DNA of 64,000 bases from an uncultured bacterium (GTDB lineage Bacteria; Muiribacteriota; CAYSPT01). The notes under the pieces are model-generated. The model was not told the origin of the DNA and searched no databases. It saw nothing but the letters and a program-made list of their open reading frames with translations. The stretch is from contig CAZQHK010000016.1 in the NCBI GenBank assembly GCA_964593455.1, positions 18,339 to 82,338 of the forward strand. Reading direction: 5' to 3'. Positions within the stretch are counted from its first letter, which is position 1. Every line of letters begins with the position of its first letter. Positions 45,617 to 55,673 of this stretch are shown one piece after another. The translations under genes were made by a program, and so were the position numbers.

Positions 45617-46894
45617 TCAGGGTGAGTAGAGGACGATATCCTTATAGCGTTCCATGTTGTCGTCCTGTTTATCTGCTCCCGGACTGTACAGCACAAAAGA
45701 GTCTCCCGATCGCCGGTAGATCAAATCTGCATTGGTATAGACGTCTCCGGGTAACGGTCGCCCCGCGTGATCCCTGAGTTCCGTCAAGCTGTTCGGATAC
45801 GCGTTTCGGTCTCGGTAAAACTCGTTTAGCAGGTGAATTATCTCAAGTCCGCGCCTGTACTGGGAGATTTTCAGATCCTGGATATACGCCCGTTTGATAC
45901 CCGGTACGGCAATAGCGATCAGGGTCGCCGCCAGGCGCTCACCGCCTGACAGGCTGCGCTCTCCCCCTCCGCCTGCTTCCCTGGATAGTTTCATTATGTA
46001 TTCGCTTACCCGGTCGAGATCTGCTTCTCCATCCACGAATCCCCGTTTCATGGCCTTCTCGCCTTCGTCGTAGATAAAGGCCAGCATCCGGTCAAAATGT
46101 TTCTGGGCCGCCCGGCCGTAAAAAAATATGAGGAACCGGTCATAGAGGCTTTTCTTTACTTTGGTCGGCTTTTCGGTTTCGTCGCTGCTACCCGTGGAAA
46201 ACAACGACAGGCTGAAATGCTCCTTGAAGTTGAATCTTTCCAGACTCGTCCGTTCGGCATCGAGGGCCTCACTCAGGCCGGCTCTCTTTTCCAGGAGGAG
46301 ATCGATTGATTCCAGGATGGTCTTTTCCTCGCGGTTGTCGAGACAGCGGTTCCCCATCAGCAAGGCCAGTCTTTCCAGGGCCACTTTCTGGATGGCGATG
46401 GAAATCATGTGGGTGATCAAGGTTCTCTGGGTCCCGAATCCGTATCCGCTGTCGATACCGCACTTGAACACCTGGCGATATACGAGGCTGGCTTTCGAGA
46501 TACGGCCGGTAAGTTTGAAATAATCACCAAAAACGGCCACGGCCCGGCCGCTTGTCCTGAGCGTGTTGAAATCGGGAATATCACCGTGAATTATTTCCAG
46601 GAAGTTCATTGTTCGATAATCTTTGGGAGGAAAAACGATATAGGTCGGTATTTCCTGCCGGTAGTATTTCATGAACTGCTCAAAAAAGTCTTTATGGATT
46701 ATTACGTATTCTTTCAGTGCCGGCAGGTCTTTCTCTTCCAGGGGTATTCCTGTGATAAGTCCGGGTTGGTATTCAAGTCCCTGACAGAAATCGAGCGCAA
46801 TCTTTTTGGCGCGGCAGACAGGTGGCAGGATGATTGCCTGGATGAACAGGACCAGCAAACTTACTATCCCCAACAGCCGAAGGTCTTTATTCAT
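45617..46894 (-). CDS. Hypothetical secreted / membrane-anchored protein
   Basis: ATG at 46894 gives the N-terminus MNKDLRLLGIVSLLVLFIQAIILPPV (signal/anchor). 425 aa, no recognised domain. Gly-rich loop REAGGGGERSLSGGER. Confidence 0.4.
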   Translation of the reverse strand: MNKDLRLLGIVSLLVLFIQAIILPPVCRAKKIALDFCQGLEYQPGLITGIPLEEKDLPALKEYVIIHKDFFEQFMKYYRQEIPTYIVFPPKDYRTMNFLEIIHGDIPDFNTLRTSGRAVAVFGDYFKLTGRISKASLVYRQVFKCGIDSGYGFGTQRTLITHMISIAIQKVALERLALLMGNRCLDNREEKTILESIDLLLEKRAGLSEALDAERTSLERFNFKEHFSLSLFSTGSSDETEKPTKVKKSLYDRFLIFFYGRAAQKHFDRMLAFIYDEGEKAMKRGFVDGEADLDRVSEYIMKLSREAGGGGERSLSGGERLAATLIAIAVPGIKRAYIQDLKISQYRRGLEIIHLLNEFYRDRNAYPNSLTELRDHAGRPLPGDVYTNADLIYRRSGDSFVLYSPGADKQDDNMERYKDIVLYSP

Positions 46895-46974
46895 GAGATA
46901 TCCATTGTACCGGATAGTGTTTAGAGAGGCAATGAACTGTTGAATACACCGGATTAACATGATACCTTGTCACC

Positions 46975-47616
46975 ATGGGCAAGCGTAAGCGTATCGGACT
47001 CGACTTTGACAATACCATCGTCGGTTACGACGAGCTGTTTGCGACTCTGGCACTCGAGCAGGGGATGCTCACAAGGGTTTCGGAGGGTGGGAAACCGGCT
47101 ATCCGTGAAAACCTGCGTTCAAAAGGCGAGCAGGGTGAGCTGGAATGGCAGCGATTACAGTCTCTCGCGTACGGAGCCCGTATCGGCGAAGCCAAGCTGA
47201 TCGAAGGGGTCGCTCCCTTTATTCTCTCCTGCCGCCGACGGAACTGTGAACTTTTCATCGTCAGTCACAAGACACGCTATGCCGGTATGGATCCCGGCGG
47301 TGTAAATCTTCGCCGGGCGGCACTTGATTGGATGTCCGCCAGGAATTTTTTCGATGAAGCCGGCCTCGGCTTCAAACGTGCCGACATCTATTTTGCCGGC
47401 ACCCGTTTTGAAAAGATAGAACGGATCCGCTTACTTCGATGTGACCTGTTTATCGACGATCTGATTGAAGTATTTACCAACCCGGCTTTTCCCACCGATG
47501 TCGAAGCTGTTCTCTTTAGTCCGGGACCGGGGTTTGATAGAAAGGCTTCTAGCGGCGTAAAGAGGGTGGCGGCTTTTGTTTCGTGGAAGGATATCGCGGG
47601 CCATGTGTTTAAGTAA
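46975..47616 (+). CDS. HAD-superfamily hydrolase-like protein
   Basis: N-terminal motif I GLDFDNTIV (DxDxT). Confidence 0.6.
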   Translation: MGKRKRIGLDFDNTIVGYDELFATLALEQGMLTRVSEGGKPAIRENLRSKGEQGELEWQRLQSLAYGARIGEAKLIEGVAPFILSCRRRNCELFIVSHKTRYAGMDPGGVNLRRAALDWMSARNFFDEAGLGFKRADIYFAGTRFEKIERIRLLRCDLFIDDLIEVFTNPAFPTDVEAVLFSPGPGFDRKASSGVKRVAAFVSWKDIAGHVFK

Positions 47617-48655
47617 TGATCATGGTGAAACATTATCAGCCTTGAAAGAGGAGACTGAACATCTGGCCGGCATACCCGTGACGCATATAAAACCGGTATC
47701 GGGCGGCCGAAACAACCGCGTTTACCGGGTGCGGTTAACCGACGGCCGATGTCTGGCGCTCAAAAAATATTTTCACTCTCCGGAAGATCCCCGGGATCGG
47801 CTCCGGACCGAGTTTTCCACACTTCGTTTCTTGTGGGAAAACGGAATCAATTACGTGCCGGAACCGGTTGCCTGCGACAGAGAATCCGGAATAGCGCTTT
47901 ACCGTTGGATTGAAGGTGAAAAGGTGGCCGACCCGGCTGCCGGGGACATCGACCGGGTGGTGGATTTTTTGTCTGCTCTCAAGCGGCTGGCCGGCTGCCC
48001 GGCGGCTGCCTCGCTGAGGCCGGCGTCGGAGGCCTGCCTTTGCGCTGATGAATTGATTGCACAGGTTGAAGCACGGTTCGAGAGACTGAGTTGTGTGGCC
48101 ACCGATTATCCGGAGCTGGAGAGGTTCCTGAGAGAACGGTTACAGTCCAGAATTCACTTGGTGAAGGAGCGGCTGCTGAACGGATATGCTGATAATGGAC
48201 TCTCCTGTTCGGAGGATATCGAGATGGCGTTTCGTACGTTGTCACCGGCAGATTTTTGTTTTAATGATACATTGTATTCTTCAGACGGGATTCTATTTTT
48301 TCTCGACTTCGAGTACTTCGGGTGGGATGATCCGGTGAAAATGCTTTCTGATTTCCTGCTGCATCCGGGAATGAAAATATCTCTCGAACTTAAGGAACGG
48401 TTCCTGAACGGAACATTCAACGTGTTTTCCACCGACCGGTATTTTCCGGTGCGCTTGAAACTCCAATACCCGATGTACCTGCTTCGCTGGAGCCTTATTA
48501 TTCTCAATGAGTTTCTACCCGAGGTCTGGAGCCGCCGCTCGTTTGCCGGGGCAGGCGCCTCCCGGGCCGCCAGGAACAAACAGCTTGATAAGGCTGAATC
48601 ATTTCTGCGTGGTGTTGAACACGATGACATGGCTCCGTTCCTCCAGTGCCTTTAA
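47603..48655 (+). CDS. Aminoglycoside/choline-kinase-like phosphotransferase (APH family)
   Basis: Catalytic-loop-like ADFCFND and metal-binding LDFEYFGWDDP (IDFE...DP) motifs of the APH/ChoK fold. N-terminal nucleotide-binding region VSGGRNNRVYRV...ALKKY. Confidence 0.6.
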   Translation: MCLSNDHGETLSALKEETEHLAGIPVTHIKPVSGGRNNRVYRVRLTDGRCLALKKYFHSPEDPRDRLRTEFSTLRFLWENGINYVPEPVACDRESGIALYRWIEGEKVADPAAGDIDRVVDFLSALKRLAGCPAAASLRPASEACLCADELIAQVEARFERLSCVATDYPELERFLRERLQSRIHLVKERLLNGYADNGLSCSEDIEMAFRTLSPADFCFNDTLYSSDGILFFLDFEYFGWDDPVKMLSDFLLHPGMKISLELKERFLNGTFNVFSTDRYFPVRLKLQYPMYLLRWSLIILNEFLPEVWSRRSFAGAGASRAARNKQLDKAESFLRGVEHDDMAPFLQCL

Positions 48656-48760
48656 AATCTCCAACCTCACTTTCTACACCTCTTCAGAGCACTTCTGGTA
48701 TAATATCAAGTCTGGCCAATAATTGCGGGAATCGGCAGGAAGAACGGTAACGGTGGCGAC

Positions 48761-50341
48761 ATGACAGGCGAAAACATGGCACGGGAGTGCACCTCAAGCG
48801 GTTCCGGGCGGTGGTACATCTGGCTGCTCGTGGTAGCGATCTTGATCGGTGTCTCTCACACGTTATTGTACCGGGACTGTTCGGTCGAGGATTCTTATAT
48901 CGCGTTCAAGTACATTGACAACTGGTATCGGGGTAACGGATTTACGTACAACGTGGGAGAACCGGTTGAAGGGTACTCCAACTTCCTATGGCTGGTGTTT
49001 ATCGGGGCCGGCCGGGTACTGAAGATTTCCGAAGCGGCCCGTTGGCTCGGCGGTCTTGTGGGGTGGCTCCCGGGGGAATCCGGTGATGTGCTTTGTGCCA
49101 GGATCCTAGGTACAATTATCTTCGCTCTTATTATCCTTATCGGGGCGACGATGGTGCGGCGTCAATTCGGTACCGGCGCCGGTGCCGGCGCTGCCTTGCT
49201 GCTGGCTTTAAGTTTCCCTCTTTCCTTCTATTCGGTGACCGGTCTGGAGACCGGTTTTTTTACCTTGTTGTTGACTGTTACCGTTTTCAGGTATCTGGAC
49301 AACCGCTGCCGTATCGATCTCATGACTGTCCTGCTCCTGCACCTGGTGGCGGTAAGTCGCGTGGAAGGCGTGCTTTATTTCTTCCCGTTCTTTGGTTATG
49401 ATCTTTTCTCCGCCGGGAAATGGCACCGCCGCCACACATTGTCGCTGGCTGTGTTCTCCGTGCTTGGACTGGGATTTATCTCCTGGCGATGGTGGTATTT
49501 CGGGTCCGTGCTCCCGCAGGTTTTTTTCGCCCGGTTCCCGTTGAACGATCCCACCGTCAAACTTCCCTGGATTCTGCGTGGATTCGATGATATGGTTCTG
49601 TTCATCAGGAGCACCGGCGGCATTCTGGGGGGGCTTCTCATCCTTTGCAGCCTGGGATCAAAGATGTTTCGCCGGCGTGTCGGGTTCCTGCTGTGGGTCA
49701 TAGCTGCCGGTCTCGTATTCCAAAAGTTAGTGGGCGGAGATTTTATGCTGGGGGCCCGGTATCTTATTCCGGTGCTTCCCTGTTATTTGGCATGTTTACT
49801 GGGGGCTGTTTCCCGGGTGGTGGACAGGCTTTCTAAAGACGCCATGTTCACCTGCCCGCTTGGAAATGTGAAACTACCTTTGATAGTGACTCTGGCAGTA
49901 ATCTGGGGTATTTTCCAATTTTCACAAACCGTGGAGTTTCTGGCGTATCCGATGCGCTACCCGAACTTCCTGATGCATTCCCGGACCCTGAGAACCACCG
50001 CCAACTGGTTGAAGGAACGTTACGACAAAAACACGGTCCTTTCGTGTTGGCGATTTGGCGCGGTGGGATATGTTTCCGGTTTAAAAATCAGAGACCTGGA
50101 AGGAATCGTTGTCCGGGATACCGGCCGGAACCGTTTTCGTAGGGCCCTCGGCCTGGAGCCGGCTATTGAGCGGGAACGTCCTGCTCCGGATCTTATCCTG
50201 GAACCGTTTTCCACCGACATTCACCTTGAAGAGAAGGAAGTCTCCCGGTACGATAATCGTTACCGGTTGATTCATCTGTTTCCCATCGCGGAAGGGGTTA
50301 CCTGGCGGCTTTTGGAGATCGTTCCCGGCGAGAAACAGTAA
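48761..50341 (+). CDS. Polytopic membrane protein, putative GT-C-fold glycosyltransferase (ArnT/PMT-like)
   Basis: About 12 predicted TM helices. Conserved Asp-containing first loop DSYIAFKYIDNWYRGNG. Soluble C-terminal domain. Context of sugar-modification genes. Assignment by architecture only. Confidence 0.4.
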   Translation: MTGENMARECTSSGSGRWYIWLLVVAILIGVSHTLLYRDCSVEDSYIAFKYIDNWYRGNGFTYNVGEPVEGYSNFLWLVFIGAGRVLKISEAARWLGGLVGWLPGESGDVLCARILGTIIFALIILIGATMVRRQFGTGAGAGAALLLALSFPLSFYSVTGLETGFFTLLLTVTVFRYLDNRCRIDLMTVLLLHLVAVSRVEGVLYFFPFFGYDLFSAGKWHRRHTLSLAVFSVLGLGFISWRWWYFGSVLPQVFFARFPLNDPTVKLPWILRGFDDMVLFIRSTGGILGGLLILCSLGSKMFRRRVGFLLWVIAAGLVFQKLVGGDFMLGARYLIPVLPCYLACLLGAVSRVVDRLSKDAMFTCPLGNVKLPLIVTLAVIWGIFQFSQTVEFLAYPMRYPNFLMHSRTLRTTANWLKERYDKNTVLSCWRFGAVGYVSGLKIRDLEGIVVRDTGRNRFRRALGLEPAIERERPAPDLILEPFSTDIHLEEKEVSRYDNRYRLIHLFPIAEGVTWRLLEIVPGEKQ

Positions 50342-50356
50342 CAGGAGAATACTTCT

Positions 50357-51205
50357 ATGGCTACAGAGTTTCATTCATCAGCCGACGGCCGCCGCACGTT
50401 GCTTGACGAACGTTCAAAACACCTTCGCCGCCTGGTCATCCGCGGACTCCAGGGAGGTAACCGGGGGCATCTGGGTTCTTCGTTATCGCTGATTGAAATA
50501 CTGCGGGTGCTTTACGATGATGTGCTGCGTTACCGGTCGGAAGAACCCTGGTGGGAGGGACGGGACCGATGTATTCTCAGCAAAGGGCACGGCTGTCTGG
50601 CTCTCTACGCTGTTTTGGTAGATAAAGGGTTTTTCCCCGCGGTAGAACTCGATCGTTTCTGCCGGTTTGACGCGGTTCTGGGCGGACATCCCGAGCGGGG
50701 CAAAATCCCGGGAGTCGAAGCTTCTACCGGGGCGTTGGGACACGGTCTTTCCATGGGAGTCGGGATGGCTCTGGCTCTCCGGGCCAAAAAAAAAGATTCC
50801 AGGGTTTTTGTGGTCATGGGTGATGGGGAGATCAACGAAGGTTCGGTCTGGGAGGCAGCCATGAGTGCCTCCAAACATAGACTTTCCAACTTGATCGCCC
50901 TGGTTGATTACAACAAGATCCAGTCGTATGGGCCTACGAGAGAAGTACAGGAACTCCACCCGTTGCCGGCCAAGTGGGAGAGTTTTGGGTTTGCTGTGCG
51001 TGAGGTTGACGGCCATGATGTAATGGCCTTATTCGAGCAGTTAAGCGATCTCCCGTTTAGCGCCGGCAGACCCGGTGTTGTCATCTGTCACACGGTCAAA
51101 GGGAAAGGGATTTCGTTTGCCGAGGGAAATCCGAATTGGCACCACAAATCCCGGATGAAACCGGAAGATTTTCAGTCTATGTATCGGGAAATTGAAGGGT
51201 ATTGA
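50357..51205 (+). CDS. Transketolase, N-terminal (TPP-binding) subunit of a split transketolase
   Basis: GHLGSSLS, SKGHG and GALGHGLSMGVGMAL, with the TPP-binding GDGEINEGSVWEA motif. Confidence 0.9.
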   Translation: MATEFHSSADGRRTLLDERSKHLRRLVIRGLQGGNRGHLGSSLSLIEILRVLYDDVLRYRSEEPWWEGRDRCILSKGHGCLALYAVLVDKGFFPAVELDRFCRFDAVLGGHPERGKIPGVEASTGALGHGLSMGVGMALALRAKKKDSRVFVVMGDGEINEGSVWEAAMSASKHRLSNLIALVDYNKIQSYGPTREVQELHPLPAKWESFGFAVREVDGHDVMALFEQLSDLPFSAGRPGVVICHTVKGKGISFAEGNPNWHHKSRMKPEDFQSMYREIEGY

Positions 51206-51208
51206 TTC

Positions 51209-52132
51209 GTGCGCAAGACCTGTCTCAACATGGTATATGAACTGGCCCGGAAAGATCCCCGGGTGCTCTTCATCGGATCCGATCTGGGGCCCGGTACCCT
51301 GGACCGGTTTCGGCAGGAGATGCCGGACAGGTTCTTCATGGAAGGTGTTTACGAGGGACATGTGGTCGGTATGGCGGCCGGCCTGGCCATGGAAGGATTT
51401 ATCCCGTATGTAAACACCATCGCCTCGTTTCTCACTCGCCGCTCATTCGAACAGGTAGTAATCGATCTTTGTCTGCAAAACTTGCCGGTGCGGCTTATCG
51501 GCAACGGGGGAGGGTTGGTGTACGCGCCCCTGGGGTTGACCCATATGGCGATAGAGGATATCGCTATTTTCAGGACCCTGCCAAACATGACCGTGGTGGC
51601 GCCCAGTGACGCTGAAGAGATGCGCCGGTTCATGGAAAAAAGCATCAATCTGCCCGGCCCTGTTTATATCCGCCTGGGAAAAGGTGGGGATCCCGTTATC
51701 TCACGGGATGAGAACGGTTTCACCATCGGCCGGGGAATCTTGTTGAAAGAACCGGGCCGGGTCCTGTTCATAGCTACGGGGGTGATGACCGGCCGTGTTC
51801 TTCAGGCCTCGGATATCCTGGATGGGCAGGGAATTACGGCGGGAGTTCTTCACGTCCACACGGTCAAACCTCTGGATGAGGATCAGATAGCCGGCCTGGT
51901 CGAGCGGGTGGAGGCCGTGGTCACGGTAGAGGAGCATGTTTTAATGGGTGGACTGGGGAGCGCCGTGGGCGAGCTTCTTATCGACCGTGGCGGCCGTGTC
52001 CCGAAGATGTTCAGGTTGGGACTCCCCGACCGGTTTCCGGAACGCTACGGCCGGCAGGATGATCTGCTTGAATTTTATGGTCTTCAGCCGGAACCCATCG
52101 CCCGGTCGGTGAGCGATTTCATGGCCCGGTAA
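51209..52132 (+). CDS. Transketolase, C-terminal (pyrimidine-binding) subunit of a split transketolase
   Basis: GTG start 3 nt after the N-subunit stop. FFMEGVYEGHVVGMAAGLAMEG and the transketolase C-terminal domain. Confidence 0.9.
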   Translation: MRKTCLNMVYELARKDPRVLFIGSDLGPGTLDRFRQEMPDRFFMEGVYEGHVVGMAAGLAMEGFIPYVNTIASFLTRRSFEQVVIDLCLQNLPVRLIGNGGGLVYAPLGLTHMAIEDIAIFRTLPNMTVVAPSDAEEMRRFMEKSINLPGPVYIRLGKGGDPVISRDENGFTIGRGILLKEPGRVLFIATGVMTGRVLQASDILDGQGITAGVLHVHTVKPLDEDQIAGLVERVEAVVTVEEHVLMGGLGSAVGELLIDRGGRVPKMFRLGLPDRFPERYGRQDDLLEFYGLQPEPIARSVSDFMAR

Positions 52133-52152
52133 TGAGGAAGGTTTAAACTATC

Positions 52153-52815
52153 ATGAAAGAGCTGCTGAATATTGTTACTCCGCTTCACCGGAAAACCAGC
52201 CGGGACTACGTGGGGCGCATGAACGACGGCAAGGTGGAGTGTATGGAGGTGGCCCGGCGGTACGGCCGTGAATTCTGGGACGGTAACCGGCGGTACGGTT
52301 ACGGCGGGTATAGCTATGACGGGCGCTGGGAACCGGTGGCCAGAAGCCTTATCGAGCAATACGGGCTGAGCGCGGACGCGGCTATCCTCGATGTCGGCTG
52401 CGGGAAAGGGTATCTTCTGCACGAGTTGAAGAAACTACTGCCACAGGCTCGACCAGCGGGTTTTGATATCTCCGGGTATGCCGTTGCCAACGCCAAAGAG
52501 GAAATACGTGACACTCTTTTTGTCAGCAATGCCCGTGACCCGTTCCCGTTCGATGATGCTGAATTCGATCTGGCTATTTCCCTGACCGCGCTCCACAACT
52601 TGCGGGTAAACGAGCTCAAGGCGGCCCTGGCTCAGATGGAACGCGTGGCCCGGAACAAGTACCTGGTGGTAGAAAGCTATCGCAGTGAACTGGAGCTTTT
52701 TAACCTCCAGTGCTGGGCCCTGACATGCGAGTCTTTCTACGATCCGCGGGAATGGGTGTGGCTGTTTAACGAGTTCGGTTACACCGGGGACTACGAGTTC
52801 ATATATTTTGAGTAG
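52153..52815 (+). CDS. Class I SAM-dependent methyltransferase
   Basis: Motif I ILDVGCGKGYL and post-I acidic residue. 220 aa. Confidence 0.75.
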   Translation: MKELLNIVTPLHRKTSRDYVGRMNDGKVECMEVARRYGREFWDGNRRYGYGGYSYDGRWEPVARSLIEQYGLSADAAILDVGCGKGYLLHELKKLLPQARPAGFDISGYAVANAKEEIRDTLFVSNARDPFPFDDAEFDLAISLTALHNLRVNELKAALAQMERVARNKYLVVESYRSELELFNLQCWALTCESFYDPREWVWLFNEFGYTGDYEFIYFE

Positions 52816-52826
52816 GGGAAAACTCC

Positions 52827-53897
52827 ATGGGACTCCTGTATACTGGAATGAAGATCTTTCATTTCAAAGATAAACTCGATTCTCTGCCCGCCGCCCACCA
52901 GGGAATTCTGCCACCGCTTCACGTGCGGATCAAACCTACCAACGTCTGCGCGCATAAGTGCCGCTACTGCGCCTACCGGATGGATAGTCTACAGCTTGGC
53001 CGGGACATGGAGGAGAGGGATACCATTGCGCGGGACAAGATGCTTGAAATTCTGGACGACCTGATCGAAATGGGAGTACGGGCGGTTACGTTCAGCGGCG
53101 GTGGCGACCCGTTTTACTACCCGCACCTCACCGAAGCGGTAAAGAAACTGGTTGCCAGCCCGGTCAAGTTTGCCTCTCTCACCAACGGTGCCCGGCTGGA
53201 GGATGAGCTGGCTGAACTTTTTGCTCACCACGCCACCTGGCTCAGGGTTTCCATCGACGGATGGGACGATTCGAGTTATGCCCGGTATCGCAATGTCCCT
53301 GAAGGAGAGTTCAGCCGGGTGATGAATAACATGGAACGCTTTAAAGAACTGGCCGGACCGTGTTACCTGGGAGTGAGTTTTGTGGTGGATAAGGAGAACG
53401 CGTCTCACGTCTACGAATTCATCATGAAGCTTCGCGATATCGGGGTGGACAGCGTCAAGGTGTCTCTCTGTATCGTCAGTAACAGCGGTCGGGAGAACAA
53501 CGAGTATCATCAACCTCACTTCGAGCTCGTGCAGAGGCAGATAAACCGGGCGTATTCCGATATCCGGGACGAACGGTTGGAGATCTTCAACTCTTATCAC
53601 CATGACCTGGAGACGTTTAAGAAACGATACCGTTGGTGTCCCTACATCCAGATACTGCCGATTATCGGGGCCGATCTTAACGTTTACTCCTGCCAGGATA
53701 AAGCGTACAATCTCGAGGAAGGTCTGATCGGCTCTCTCAAGGAGTGTTCGTTCAAAGAGTTCTGGTATTCAGGTAAAGAGAAATTTTTCACTGTGGACCC
53801 GTCGTGTCACTGTAACCATCACTGTGTGGCGGACGAGCGCAACCGCAGAGTGCTGGAGTACCTGGACGCCGACCCGGACCACGTGGTTTTTGTGTGA
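52827..53897 (+). CDS. Radical SAM enzyme with Cys-rich C-terminal region
   Basis: CAHKCRYCAY (CxxxCxxC) near the N-terminus, FSGGGDP glycine-rich motif, and additional C-terminal cysteines (CPYI...YSCQD...CHCNHHC) suggesting an auxiliary cluster. Confidence 0.75.
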   Translation: MGLLYTGMKIFHFKDKLDSLPAAHQGILPPLHVRIKPTNVCAHKCRYCAYRMDSLQLGRDMEERDTIARDKMLEILDDLIEMGVRAVTFSGGGDPFYYPHLTEAVKKLVASPVKFASLTNGARLEDELAELFAHHATWLRVSIDGWDDSSYARYRNVPEGEFSRVMNNMERFKELAGPCYLGVSFVVDKENASHVYEFIMKLRDIGVDSVKVSLCIVSNSGRENNEYHQPHFELVQRQINRAYSDIRDERLEIFNSYHHDLETFKKRYRWCPYIQILPIIGADLNVYSCQDKAYNLEEGLIGSLKECSFKEFWYSGKEKFFTVDPSCHCNHHCVADERNRRVLEYLDADPDHVVFV

Positions 53898-53912
53898 TTT
53901 GGAGGACCCAGA

Positions 53913-55010
53913 GTGAAAATTCCTTATCGCGATCTCAGCGTCAAGGACCTGCGGCGTAAACGCGAACTTCTGGCGGCCGTGGAAAAGGTTCTCTCTCATG
54001 GCCGGATGATTCTCGGCCCGGAGGTCGGTCGGTTCGAGCAGCTGATGGCCGATTCATGCTCAAAACAGTATGCGGTGGGGGTCAGTTCCGGTACCGACGC
54101 CCTGTACCTGGCTCTTCGCAGCCTGGGAGTCGGGCCGGGAGACGAGGTAATCACCACGCCACTTTCCTGGATTGCCACCACCAATGCCATCGTTCAGTGC
54201 GGCGCCGAAGCGGTGTTCGTGGATATCGGCGAGGATTTGAACATCGACGCCGATCTCATCAGTGAGGCCGTTACACCCCGGACCAGGGCCATACTGCCGG
54301 TACATTTTACCGGCCGTCTCTGTGCCATGGATACCATCCTGCATATTGCCGGGGAGCGAAATCTCCTGGTTATTGAAGATGCGGCCCAGGCTTTCGGGGC
54401 GCGCCGGGGAGAAAAGCAGGCGGGTTCTTTCGGGCATGCCGGCTGTTTCAGCATGAATCCCATGAAAATCTGGTGCGCCTGCGGTGAAGCCGGCGCCGTA
54501 GTGACCGATGACCGTGACGTGTATGAAAAGCTTTGTACGCTCAGGTACGCCGGTACGGTCAACAAGGAGGACTGCCATTACCCGAGCTTGAACGGGCGCA
54601 TCGACACGGTGCAGGCAGCCATGCTGCTGGTGGATTTTAATTATCTTCCGGAAAAAATCGCACGGCGGCAGGAGATTGCCCGCGTTTACACCGAAGGTCT
54701 CCATGATTTGGTGGGTTGTCCGCGGGAAGACGGTTCTTACCATTGCTACTACTCTTACACGGTGCTGGCCGAAAAGCGGGAAAAGCTGGTTGAACACCTG
54801 TCCGGGAAGGGTATCGAAACGAAAGTTCAACATCCGATCCTGATACCCTACCACACTGCCTATAAGGATCGTACCTATCCTCCGCTGCCGGTGGCCGAGC
54901 GGTTGGTGAACCGGATTCTCTGTCTTCCCAACCAGGAAGACCTGTCCACAGAGGAGATCGATTACGTGATCGGTTCGGTTCGGGAGTTCTACGAGGGGCA
55001 GGCACCATGA
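53913..55010 (+). CDS. DegT/DnrJ/EryC1/StrS-family PLP-dependent sugar aminotransferase
   Basis: GTG start after GGAGGA. Typical DegT blocks (ILGPEVGRFEQLMA, VSSGTDALYLAL, EDAAQAFGA) and conserved lysine in SMNPMKIW. Confidence 0.9.
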   Translation: MKIPYRDLSVKDLRRKRELLAAVEKVLSHGRMILGPEVGRFEQLMADSCSKQYAVGVSSGTDALYLALRSLGVGPGDEVITTPLSWIATTNAIVQCGAEAVFVDIGEDLNIDADLISEAVTPRTRAILPVHFTGRLCAMDTILHIAGERNLLVIEDAAQAFGARRGEKQAGSFGHAGCFSMNPMKIWCACGEAGAVVTDDRDVYEKLCTLRYAGTVNKEDCHYPSLNGRIDTVQAAMLLVDFNYLPEKIARRQEIARVYTEGLHDLVGCPREDGSYHCYYSYTVLAEKREKLVEHLSGKGIETKVQHPILIPYHTAYKDRTYPPLPVAERLVNRILCLPNQEDLSTEEIDYVIGSVREFYEGQAP

Positions 55011-55540
55011 AATACCGGAAGGAGAACGACGAGGTTTTTTACGCCGTCGGGGACTCCGTCCGTGTTACCCGGGCAGAAGTGGAGTTCGTTAAAACCGGGG
55101 CCCGGGACAGTATTCGGGGTCGTTTCCGTTTGTGCCTGCACTCCGATCCCGGGGCAAAAATACATCAAATGCTCATCGCCCATACCGGCGGTATCTATGT
55201 CCGCCCTCACAAGCATATCGGCCGGAGCGAGTCATTTCAGCTGATAGATGGGGCGCTTTGCGTAGTGGTGTTTGACTCTCGGGGAACGGTGACCGACGTG
55301 GTTTCAATGGACAATTCAGACGTCGGCTGTCCCTTTCTTTACCGTATTCCGGCAGACTGTTTTCACACGGTCCTGCTGCTCTCAAGCATGGTAGTGTTTC
55401 TCGAGACTACCGGTGGACCGTTTAATCCTTCGGAAACGGTCTTTGCACCGTGGGCGCCACCGGTCGAAAAAAAAGATGAGCTTTCTCTATACAGGCAAAA
55501 ACTCGATCTGGAGATAAATCAGTGGCCTGATAAGAAATGA
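55007..55540 (+). CDS. WbuC-family cupin-fold protein
   Basis: ATGA overlap with the aminotransferase. The pattern RLCLHSDPGAKIHQMLIAHTGGIYVRPHKH matches my recollection of the WbuC cupin family (O-antigen-cluster associated). Confidence 0.6.
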   Translation: MKYRKENDEVFYAVGDSVRVTRAEVEFVKTGARDSIRGRFRLCLHSDPGAKIHQMLIAHTGGIYVRPHKHIGRSESFQLIDGALCVVVFDSRGTVTDVVSMDNSDVGCPFLYRIPADCFHTVLLLSSMVVFLETTGGPFNPSETVFAPWAPPVEKKDELSLYRQKLDLEINQWPDKK

Positions 55541-55673
55541 TTTCTCACCTGCAAAAACATTATTCTGGTTACGTGTTCCGGATCAATTTGGTGATATAAT
55601 CAGAACGATCTGTAAACGTGGTATCTTTGTTGCAAAGTCAGGTTTGGAAGACCCTGATAAGGAGATTTCCCGG

